Source of the DNA: a virus
Lineage: Duplodnaviria; Caudoviricetes
Length of the DNA: 64,000 nt
IMG/VR virus record: IMGVR_UViG_2609460327_000001
Coordinates: 64,001-128,000 of that record
Direction: 5' to 3' (one strand)
Made by a program: the position numbers and the translations under genes
In this document: positions 38,808 through 48,600 of the stretch, one piece after another
Layout: the number at the start of each line of letters is the position of its first letter
Numbering within the stretch: the stretch's first letter is position 1
Notes under the pieces: generated by a model
The model's database searches: none
Seen by the model: only the letters and a program-made list of their open reading frames with translations
What the model was told of the DNA's origin: nothing

Positions 38808-38850
38808 GCAGGGCCATTCGCTCTGCTTCATTTTTTATCAGGTGATAAAT

Positions 38851-39624
38851 ATGTATACACAAAAAGAGATTGATCTATGGAAAGAACAGTACGGGGATAT
38901 ATTTGCATGCACCATTAATGAGAAAAAATTCGTGTATCGAATGCTTGGACGGAATGAGTACAACTTTGTCATGGCAATGGGAGATGTATCCCCTAGCGAA
39001 GCTGAGGAAATCTTTTGTGAGATTGCAACGATCTATCCTGAAGGCTTTAACTTCCGTACAACAGATGGATATGCGACTTCCCTTTGCTCATATATCTTAG
39101 ACAGTTCGATGCTAGGCAATACAGATCAAGCAGAACAGCTGCTAAACTATCATCGGGAAGATATGACGGATTACAGCTTTCAAGTTGATTGTGTGATTCA
39201 AGAGGCGTTTCCTAAATATACGTTAGAAGAAATAGCCAGCTGGCCGGTGCCGAAAACGATGTATTACTTGGCTCGAGCTGAATGGATACTGCAAAATCTA
39301 CGAGGAGTGCCTTTACAAGTCTATTCTCAAGAAGAATTAATGACTATACAACAGGAACAAGCAGCTCCTGCTCCAATGCCTATGGCTATGTCTCCACAAC
39401 AAAGAGCGGAGGCATCCCCTTTAGCGAATCCAGAGAAACCGCCAGAGCCTAGACAAAAAGGCGATGTGAGCCGAAAGGAACTGACACAGCAAGAGCTAGA
39501 AGCTATGATGTCTCAAGTCTCAAGCCAGAAAGTTGACCTTAGTAAAAATATGGCCAATCAATCTTTTCCGGAACTAGCTTTATTTAAAGCTCAGGACGAC
39601 CTTAGAGGTGAGTTCGATGTTTAA
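38851..39624 (+). CDS. Tail assembly chaperone 2, paralog with a C-terminal extension
   Basis: ATG 38851 after AGGTGA; WK..YG.I.......YR.L.R.EY. Confidence 0.7.
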   Translation: MYTQKEIDLWKEQYGDIFACTINEKKFVYRMLGRNEYNFVMAMGDVSPSEAEEIFCEIATIYPEGFNFRTTDGYATSLCSYILDSSMLGNTDQAEQLLNYHREDMTDYSFQVDCVIQEAFPKYTLEEIASWPVPKTMYYLARAEWILQNLRGVPLQVYSQEELMTIQQEQAAPAPMPMAMSPQQRAEASPLANPEKPPEPRQKGDVSRKELTQQELEAMMSQVSSQKVDLSKNMANQSFPELALFKAQDDLRGEFDV

Positions 39625-39763
39625 AGTATGGGAAATAGTGAATCAAGTTTACTACGATCCCAGAGTGAATAAGAAATATGGGGACGGGCAGTGGATGATT
39701 CAGACCTGCTGGGGGCTCTATCTTGAAAGATGGTATGAGAAATACGTATATGAAATGAGGTGA
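39617..39763 (+). CDS. Small aromatic-rich hypothetical protein (48 aa)
   Basis: Hand-translated MFKVWEIVNQVYYDPRV...YEMR; RBS GAGGTGA; fills the gap. Confidence 0.5.
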   Translation: MFKVWEIVNQVYYDPRVNKKYGDGQWMIQTCWGLYLERWYEKYVYEMR

Positions 39764-39767
39764 TAGC

Positions 39768-42700
39768 TTGGAACGAGAACAATACGATGAGAATAAGTTC
39801 GCTCCCTATTTAGATAATGATAGCCGTCCGATGACGCGCTTTTTGCAATCAAATGAAGAGGATGATGAAATATCTTTCTTCGCAAAGGCAGGTATCGCAG
39901 TAGGGGGCGTTATTGCAGCAAGAGCTTTGATGCATCGTACCGGAGCTACCCGACAAATCACACGCTTTTTTGATACCCAAGTTAAAGGTTCCTATCAGGC
40001 AGCCAGAGAAATCATGCAAGAGCAGCGCCCTTCAAGAACTATGACAAGGGATTTGCCCGGATCAATCCGGAGATTCAATGAACGAAGAAGTGAATTGGTG
40101 AAGCGTCAGACTGAGCAGATGAGAGAGTTTAGTCGGCGCGGCGGTGCAGAAGAATACGATATGCAGCGTTACATCCGTCAGAGGGAGCAGATGATTACGG
40201 AGCAAGTACCGTTCCATATCCAAGAAGGATTACGGTACCGGGACGTTCTTAAAGAAGTGGAAGCCCGCATGCCTAAGCATGCTAAGTCCATTCAAAGTGC
40301 AATGGAAAGTGGAGACCCTGGATTTCTGAGATCACTCCCGTCAGAGCAGGTGGCATCCCACCTACGCAAACACGGTGTTACTGATCGGGATGCGATTGAT
40401 CAATTTGCTCGTATCCAAGATGCCTATCGGAATAAGAATTATCGAGCTGATTCAGAGGAAGCCCGCGCATGGATCGAAGGCATTCAGACCAAGATGCGTA
40501 AGTTTACTGCCGAGCAAATGGATAGCCTAACCCGAAAAGAAGCTCGATACAAAGGGGTACTGAATGGTCATAGGCAAGCTACTGTAGAAGACATTCTAGC
40601 CATGAATAAGAAAGGGGTCATGCAGGTAGACCCTAAGCTTGTTGCTCATATGGAAGAGATCATGCAGTACAACAAAAAGTTTGGCCAATCTGTATTTGAC
40701 GAGAATGTATACATTAGAGAGAGAAACGGAAAGATCATCGATTGGACCGATTACAAAACATATGATGATATGCGCAGAGGTGTTAAAGAATGGGCTGCCA
40801 AAACATTGCCGGGCGGGCTCATGCACATGCGGGATAGCATCAATATACAAGAGGCTCGTGAGATTGCCAGCTTCCGTATCTTTAATCGAGATGTAGTTCA
40901 GCCAGGGCTTAACGCTCAGCGTGGCTTAGACGTCAAGGAGAGAGCCCATGAACCACTAATCTATGTCAACGGTAAGTTTGTTCGTCTCTTTGACGAAAAT
41001 GCAGTCAACACAGATGCAGGTATGGAAGTACTGAATAAGCAGCGCGATATGTTTCTTACCTCATCAAGATTCGGAACGATCGGAAAAGTAACACGGCAAG
41101 TGTCCGGCATGATGACCGAAGAGGGTGGTCAGAGGAACTTCTTTGCGGGCATCTTTGATTTAGGAAGACAGGATAAAGATGCTGCCATTCATGGAGCGCT
41201 AGGAAGAGTAAATAAATTCTTTAATCCAGACTGGGAACGCAATGTCATTAATAAAGCCCTGCAAGGCGGCATCGATCAAGAGAGCTCTTATGCTGTTAGG
41301 GCTTATTTTGAGAAGTACAGCAAAGGGCTGTCCGCCCGATCCCTTAACAATATGATTGATGATATGCCAGCCAGCTTGAGAGAGTTTGTTCAGGCGAATG
41401 ACATTACCTTCAGTACGCAAGATGACTTCATGAAAGTATTCCGTTTCATGGGCGAAGGCGATGGAAAGCGAATGGCAAGTGGCGAGTTAAAATCACTCTG
41501 GCAAAAGTATGAGCGTGATCCGGATGCTTTCCTACATTCTAAAAGACCTGTAGGAGACTCTTCTTGGCTTGGAGAATACACAAATATTCAAACAGGGTTC
41601 GATCGTATTCATCAGCAGCTTAGTATCGATCTGATTAATCAGCTTATTCACCGGAAGCAAATGAACACGATGAGCCCTTTTGATTTCAGACAGTATACGG
41701 ACGATCTCTTTGATGCAGGTAAACTGACAAAACAAGAGTGGCAGGATACACAGTTCCTATTCAGTCATGCACAATACAAGAAATCAGAGATTGGAATCAA
41801 CTCGAATCCTTCAGGGGCAATTCAGGATATTAATAATCTGATGACTGGCAAGACACCAGAAGCTTTGAAATTCCAGGATAATGTGAAAGCTAATCTCCAT
41901 GTAACAAATCCTCTATTCCAAAAGTTCTCTGGAACAAGACCGATCAACCGCATAAACGATGAATATATTGCGGTGAATAAGGCATTTGAATCAACGACTG
42001 CCTCTGGAAGATTTCTTGAGTTCTTCACGGACTTCGGGGATAAAGCAAAGCAGATGGGACTTCGGACTGGTCGAAGAAACATGGAGGACTTCACAAACCT
42101 GTCGATCTTCGGGGCCAATTATCCGATTTACCGTTTGCAGGACGCACTAGGTGATCTCGGGCTTGGATTCTCAGATGATTCTATGACAAGTCCACTGAAG
42201 ATGATGTCCTCTCTAATGCTTAAGAGATTCCTGCCGATCTATCTTGGCACACAATACGCTCAGTATTTAGATTGGGAAGTGGAGCAGTCCACAGGACAGA
42301 GTGTATCTGACCGGTGGGAAAACTATAAAGCTAGAACGAACCTCATTGAAGCTTGGGCTGATGATCAGAGCGGAAAGACAGAGGAAGAGAAAAGAGCAAG
42401 GATGCTCACGCCTGGGATTGATCACTTTGCCGCTATGCCTAGCATTTATCTTCCGGGCATTGGCCCTGTAGGTCCAGGCTATATTGCTGCAGCTGCTCTT
42501 GGATATGGCGGAACTCCAATTGATGAAAGGGAAGCATACTCTGCTGAAGAGTATGAAGAATACCTGCAGTATGGCGAAGATGAAGTACGCAAGAGTAGAT
42601 GGTGGTTGTTTGGCTCCAAGTCGGCTTATAGAGGCGATCGTGTTACTGAACACCGTCCTAATAGCTACCGACTAGCTTTGTCGGACGCAGAAGATAGTGA

Positions 42701-45641
42701 TACAAACCTGACTAATGAAGAACAATGGTCTGAGACAAATATATTGCCGACTTTCCGAAATCCTTTAGGGGGATTGGCTTACGCCTTTGGGTTGAAGGAT
42801 CCGTACTATTGGGAAAGAAAACATTTCTATGATCGACCTTACCTGATTACCGGATCACTATTCAACCCGAATACACCTTTCTTCGGAGATATCGGAAATG
42901 CTACGATTGGTCAGCTTATTAAGCCGACAGAGAAGATGCATCCCGAATACTGGGGCGACCCTATCTTAATGCAGGAACAGACAGCGGAGTTCGGTAATCG
43001 TCCTAACTCGCCAATCGTGACACGGTTTTCTCCAGGCGGTCGAACGGAGAATATCGTGTATGCAGACTCTGAGGACTATGGAGCTAACCAATATACAAGG
43101 GACACTGATACTTCTGCACCGCGCTATATCCAAATTCATCAGAAGGATGCAGAGGGAAATCAAACAGGAGCTTATGTTGCTCAAGAGATCAATACAGGAC
43201 AAGCCATCTACGTGCCAGCAAATGTGGCCAATAAAGATTACACCATTGAAGAGCTATTCAATATTGCTGAGAAGACGGACGATGAAACCCTGATTAAGAC
43301 GAAGCCTCGTGCAATGTTTGATGATGGATTCGCCTACAAACAAGAGCTTGAGAATCGTAAACTAGAAGACCTTCAAGATCCAACACAAGCTGGATGGCTT
43401 ATGCAGGAAGCGTGGGAAAACTGGTCAGAGCCTCTAGGGGTATACAAATGGATTCTTCAGGATGAGCTCTTCGGATATAATCCTTATGAAGGTAAGACAG
43501 TTATTGAAAAAGCCGATGCAGCTTACAATCTATCAAATGCTTTCCAATCGCTGAATGCAGGTTCCCTCGGTGGTCAACTCTCTGAGATTGGGCGGCGGTT
43601 CATACGGCGCGATGATGGACAACTGGATAAATTTAATCCGATCCGCAACACGATGCCAGATTGGCTACCTGGCTCAGATTATTTCATTGATTTTCAAAGC
43701 GGTGATCCCTATCAGAAAATAGAGAATGGAGAATACCGACTGCCGGGAGAGACCTATGAAAAGCTTAATCAGCTTCATCCAGATGAGACAGGTGCTTATG
43801 GTGCTTTCGATAAATTCAAGATACTAGCTGACGTAGCGCCATGGAGTGACGAATATAAATTCTGGCGTGATTATGTCGTAGAAACGAATACAGATACTGA
43901 ACTTAGAAAACAAGCGGCTGATATCAAGCGGCAGGTGTCTCAGAGGAAGCAGAAGTATGAATTTACTCCTTATCGGTTTGAAGGCGCTGAGCTTGAATAT
44001 CAACAGGCTACGGTACGCAAATTCTTGGATGACTACAGTTTTGTGACAGAAGAATTTGGCGATCAAGTTTTCAGGCTGGCTGGTGTCGATTTAAGAGGGA
44101 AGGCGGAAGGCGTTCTTCGGTCGTATGTTAATGTTGGCGATCAAGTCACAATCGGTCTTAATGGTGATGAAAGTAAACAGATTTCGAATGATACGTATAA
44201 GACAGCACGCGTTGTTGTTTATAACAAGGACATCGGAAATATCAACCGAGATATCCTTGCTCGCGGGTTAATGAAAGAGAATCTTGCCGATTTCTCTGCT
44301 GCAGGTGTATTCTCAAGATTCTCAGACTCTGAGATTAGCAAAGGCGCAAAGTGGGAGCGGATTGCTCACTATGAGTCACCACTAAATACGAAGTTCCTGC
44401 AAGTGCGTACAGCACTTGAGGAATACGAGAGAGATCAGGTGTACGGTAAGGATTGGGCAACATGGGAAAACTTCTTGATTGATGATTATCTCATCCCTGG
44501 TTTCCAGTCCATCATTCGTCATGATTTGGATGAATCGATGATGCGTGGGGCCGTTGCCGGTGCACTTGTAGGTGGGTTCCTAAATATCTTCGGAGCTGGT
44601 AAAAAGAATATTCTGCGCAGTGGTATTGTCGGTGCTTTAGGAGCCGGGATCGGCAACCTGTATAGACAGCATTACGAGAAAGAGACAGGCGAAGCGTGGA
44701 TTCCTGAGCGAAGAAGGATAGAGAATGACATCAACGAATACTTCGATGTTCTGAAATACATGAAGTTTCGCGGTCTATATGAGCAAGCGAAGATTGATGC
44801 TGCTGAAGCTGGCTATGATGTCGATACCATCCTTGGGGATGAAGAAGCCCGGCAGGAAATAAATAGGCAGCGGAAGCGCGAGCTGGAAGACCAGAAGATC
44901 AGACTGTTCATTGATCAACCTGAAGGATGGGAAGATCAGCGCAAGGCCATCAATAAAGAGATCGAGCTAATGGGTCAAGGATTCAATGAAATACAGCTGC
45001 CGCAAGAAGTGCTTATGGCCATGCATTACAAAGACATGTATGAACGCACGGTTTACGGCGCTGATCCATATAGCGACCGAATGAAGCTGGCTAGCGCACT
45101 CCCGTACAAGGATAAATGGTTCTTCGATGATTTTGTTGAAGCTCCTGAAAGGGATCGTCAACGTATCCTAGAGGTTATTCCGGAGAACCAAAGGCGTATC
45201 TATAAAGCATTATGGGGGATCGAAAATGAAGGACCAGCTCCTTTAGAAGAGGTATTCTCCAAGTTCGTCCTGCCAGACCCCGGATGGATCGGATGGAATC
45301 CAAAGGTTGACCTTGAAGATATGAAGGTGAAGGCAGTTCAAGAAGCCGGCCTTGATATGAGTGACTTTAACTTCTGGACAGATGATGTTGTCTCATCCAG
45401 CTATCTGCCTGATATTTCACCTGAAGGCAATGATGTCTATCTGAATGGACCTCAATTTTCAGGCTATCAAGAAATGCAGAATAACATCCGTGCTGTATTA
45501 GAGGGGCAAGGCCTTACCGATGTAGATATTCGTATAGCTCCTAGCGGAGGAAATGAAACCAACGTGAACTTCAGATACGAAGAGGATCGAAGTCATGAGA
45601 TCAATAACTATTTCAAAGAGAATATGGATTCTCTGATGTAA
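39768..45641 (+). CDS. Tape-measure-like/ejection protein with a thermonuclease-like OB domain
   Basis: Follows the chaperones; helical with hydrophobic segments. RLAGVD...DTYK...NIN..IL..GL at ~44000-44280. Confidence 0.6.
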   Translation: MEREQYDENKFAPYLDNDSRPMTRFLQSNEEDDEISFFAKAGIAVGGVIAARALMHRTGATRQITRFFDTQVKGSYQAAREIMQEQRPSRTMTRDLPGSIRRFNERRSELVKRQTEQMREFSRRGGAEEYDMQRYIRQREQMITEQVPFHIQEGLRYRDVLKEVEARMPKHAKSIQSAMESGDPGFLRSLPSEQVASHLRKHGVTDRDAIDQFARIQDAYRNKNYRADSEEARAWIEGIQTKMRKFTAEQMDSLTRKEARYKGVLNGHRQATVEDILAMNKKGVMQVDPKLVAHMEEIMQYNKKFGQSVFDENVYIRERNGKIIDWTDYKTYDDMRRGVKEWAAKTLPGGLMHMRDSINIQEAREIASFRIFNRDVVQPGLNAQRGLDVKERAHEPLIYVNGKFVRLFDENAVNTDAGMEVLNKQRDMFLTSSRFGTIGKVTRQVSGMMTEEGGQRNFFAGIFDLGRQDKDAAIHGALGRVNKFFNPDWERNVINKALQGGIDQESSYAVRAYFEKYSKGLSARSLNNMIDDMPASLREFVQANDITFSTQDDFMKVFRFMGEGDGKRMASGELKSLWQKYERDPDAFLHSKRPVGDSSWLGEYTNIQTGFDRIHQQLSIDLINQLIHRKQMNTMSPFDFRQYTDDLFDAGKLTKQEWQDTQFLFSHAQYKKSEIGINSNPSGAIQDINNLMTGKTPEALKFQDNVKANLHVTNPLFQKFSGTRPINRINDEYIAVNKAFESTTASGRFLEFFTDFGDKAKQMGLRTGRRNMEDFTNLSIFGANYPIYRLQDALGDLGLGFSDDSMTSPLKMMSSLMLKRFLPIYLGTQYAQYLDWEVEQSTGQSVSDRWENYKARTNLIEAWADDQSGKTEEEKRARMLTPGIDHFAAMPSIYLPGIGPVGPGYIAAAALGYGGTPIDEREAYSAEEYEEYLQYGEDEVRKSRWWLFGSKSAYRGDRVTEHRPNSYRLALSDAEDSDTNLTNEEQWSETNILPTFRNPLGGLAYAFGLKDPYYWERKHFYDRPYLITGSLFNPNTPFFGDIGNATIGQLIKPTEKMHPEYWGDPILMQEQTAEFGNRPNSPIVTRFSPGGRTENIVYADSEDYGANQYTRDTDTSAPRYIQIHQKDAEGNQTGAYVAQEINTGQAIYVPANVANKDYTIEELFNIAEKTDDETLIKTKPRAMFDDGFAYKQELENRKLEDLQDPTQAGWLMQEAWENWSEPLGVYKWILQDELFGYNPYEGKTVIEKADAAYNLSNAFQSLNAGSLGGQLSEIGRRFIRRDDGQLDKFNPIRNTMPDWLPGSDYFIDFQSGDPYQKIENGEYRLPGETYEKLNQLHPDETGAYGAFDKFKILADVAPWSDEYKFWRDYVVETNTDTELRKQAADIKRQVSQRKQKYEFTPYRFEGAELEYQQATVRKFLDDYSFVTEEFGDQVFRLAGVDLRGKAEGVLRSYVNVGDQVTIGLNGDESKQISNDTYKTARVVVYNKDIGNINRDILARGLMKENLADFSAAGVFSRFSDSEISKGAKWERIAHYESPLNTKFLQVRTALEEYERDQVYGKDWATWENFLIDDYLIPGFQSIIRHDLDESMMRGAVAGALVGGFLNIFGAGKKNILRSGIVGALGAGIGNLYRQHYEKETGEAWIPERRRIENDINEYFDVLKYMKFRGLYEQAKIDAAEAGYDVDTILGDEEARQEINRQRKRELEDQKIRLFIDQPEGWEDQRKAINKEIELMGQGFNEIQLPQEVLMAMHYKDMYERTVYGADPYSDRMKLASALPYKDKWFFDDFVEAPERDRQRILEVIPENQRRIYKALWGIENEGPAPLEEVFSKFVLPDPGWIGWNPKVDLEDMKVKAVQEAGLDMSDFNFWTDDVVSSSYLPDISPEGNDVYLNGPQFSGYQEMQNNIRAVLEGQGLTDVDIRIAPSGGNETNVNFRYEEDRSHEINNYFKENMDSLM

Positions 45642-45653
45642 GGAAGTGAACCA

Positions 45654-48600
45654 ATGTCGGGAATTGAAGAGATATTGATGGCCGAAGGGTTCCAGGCGGT
45701 TGCTCCAAACAGCCGCGGCACCTGGGTTCCAGTCACCGCATTTAATCCTGTTACAAGCCCAAACTATGCAAAAAGAGATAGTCGGCAAGGGAAAGTAAAT
45801 GAACTGTTAGAAAAGATTAATGGATCACAGCTATCGGCAAGATCAATCATTGGTCAGGGGCGGTACAAAGTAATGCCAGAGCTTTACACTGCCAATAATA
45901 ATCAAGCTCGAAGCGCCATCGATGTATTTCAGGAGTTTGCACAAAGAGCTAAGGACCCAAGCAGTAAACATAATTCCTATATTGCTTTCGATATTGAGAC
46001 CATGGGTGATCGATCTAAAAACAATGGATCAGGATTTGGAGTAACTGAGATTGCAGCTCAAAGCTTTAGTAGGCAGGCAGACGGGACTTATAAATCCAAC
46101 TCAAAGAGCGTTTTTAATGCGTTGCTTGCCCTAGATAATAAGTCAGCAACAGAAATGAAAGGTCTGATAAAGAAGATTAAAACAGATCCATACAGTTTCC
46201 GAAAAATGACTTCTTCTGAGCAGCGCTCCGTTATCGACTTGATGCGGTATTCTACTTCAAACGAGGGCGGTGTTTCGGGTGCCATCCTGCAGACAAACCG
46301 AGGAATAACAAATATCAGTCACAACCAAGTCGTGAATCAGATTCTTCGCACAGACGGAACAATTGATGACTTGAAGTTTATTCAGAATTTTGAATTTTAT
46401 CTTCGTCATATCAATCAAGGATTTAACGATCTACAGGCTAACGGAGAGAAAGATCATCTAGGAGTTATTAACCGGTATAATAAATTCCTTCACGACAATC
46501 GTTACAAGTACTTTTTATCTCACAATGGTACCAATTTTGATATACCTGCATTGGAGCAATGGAGTAAAAAGATAGGAGAGCCCATATTGGGACCGAAGAA
46601 GCATATCGACTTCTTGAGAGTCATTCAATCATCCTATCCGAATATGAAGGGGCTGCATACAAGCTTCGGCAGATCATTCGAGTCTAAACCAGCAATGGGA
46701 GGTCTAGGCACACTACAAGAACTGCGTAGAACTTTTGGGTTTGATCAGGGCGCCGCCCATAATGCCGCTCATGATATTGGTGAAGAAGGTCTAGGCGGAG
46801 TTTTCTCCAAAATGTTTAACGGCGTCAATCAAACAATAGAAAATGCAAAAACACTGCCGGGCATCGACACTTTTGGGTTCAATTATCATCCCACTCAGCT
46901 CAGTTGGAGTGATCGGCAGCTTAGAAGAGGGGATCGCCTATTTTCAGTTGGCGGAGCAATGGCTTACGGCAATGGCGAGTTTGATTTTCAAGCAAGATTG
47001 GAAGACGGATCCTTTGTGGCAGATGAGCCCGACTTTAATCGTATGGCCGTCAACAGTAAGTCCTTCTATGAAGTGCAGGGATTGCGGAATATCTCAGATT
47101 ATAATGAAGACGGTACTTTAAAGACAAATCGATTAGCGCTCGACTTATATAATCCAGATACGAAGGCCACCTCATTTATCATTCGTGAGGGTGATGATGC
47201 CATTCAGCAAATCGAAAATTTTGTCCAACAAAAATTCTACTACTGGAATGGCCTTACAAAAGGCATGCAACGTGAGATTCGTATCCAGAAGGAAAGGGAC
47301 TTGGCTAGACGAAGATACGAAAGTTTAACATCTCTTTCGGGTGCCGGTGGAAACTCAACCACTCGAGGATTTGAAGCTGCAAAGCGTATGTATGGTAATG
47401 CATCAGTTTACCGCGAGCGCTTAGAAGGCAAGGGCGGACATATCCAAAATGTAATAGATAGCATTGAGGATGATGCCGATGAAGTTCGCCAGCGCTTGAT
47501 GGATAGCCGGATTACTCACGAAGAGATGATGGATCGCATGGACTTCAATAGTTTGCCGGGAGGTAAATTAAATGAGGCAGAGCAGCGCCTATTCTTCCGA
47601 ATGGCTCCACGGCTTGTGGATGAGCTTCCTCATTACAGTAAAGCCATTGAAGCGATCGAGGAGCAATTCCCAATCAATCCAGACATGAGTGATAAAGAAG
47701 TAAAGCGAACCAGGCAACAGCGGGATATTGCTTGGAGGTTATATAACCAAGAAGTGAATGGAAGAATTGGTGGAGATACTACCGAACGTGCAACACAGCC
47801 CTTTGAGCAAAGAGGCATACATTATACGGATCGAAGCACAGCTAGAAAAGAGCAGAGATACCTAAACTTCGAAACGGTTGCAAGTGCTCGTAATGCAATC
47901 TATCGCCAGATCGGGAAACCGGAAGATGGTATTGATCTCAGAAAAGAACGTCTTGGAAATCTGATTACTTCACTTCAAGAGAGTAACGTTATCAATAGAA
48001 AAGTGGCCAACAAGTTCCACGAATTTAATCGAAGCTTCGCTATTAATGACAGCATTAATATGATGGTCCAAGATCTGATGGATAACCATGATATCATGCA
48101 GCAGAATCTCAAAATTAAATCCGTAGGTCGTAGAGCTGAGATGCAGCAAGTAAGCGCAGCTGTTAACCAAGAAATGATTCAGTCTGCTATCAAGAAGACC
48201 AATGGAGTTCAGGGTTTTATTCTACAGCAAGGGATTGCAAACCAGCGGGTGAAAATGGACGAGAGTGCAATCAACGTCTTTTCACGGCTTGATGGTGTAG
48301 AGCATGCATCTGGACTGAGAAGCAACAACTATTCGGCTATCAATCACATTCTGGAAAGCTACAAAACGGCAGCGGACAAAATGGGGATGCATGGGCTTCA
48401 GTACAATCTTTCAGTGAATCAAGAAGGGACTCAGGCACGGATTCAGATCTTTAAGAGCGAAAACAGCGCAAGTGTCATGGAAAAGTTTCTTGCCGGCGAA
48501 TCGCATAGTAAAGCATCCGAAATCATTGTTCCATTGATCCAGCAGAACGGAACCCATGTTATTGGCAACCAAGTACTCAACGCTCGATCTTTTCTAGTCA

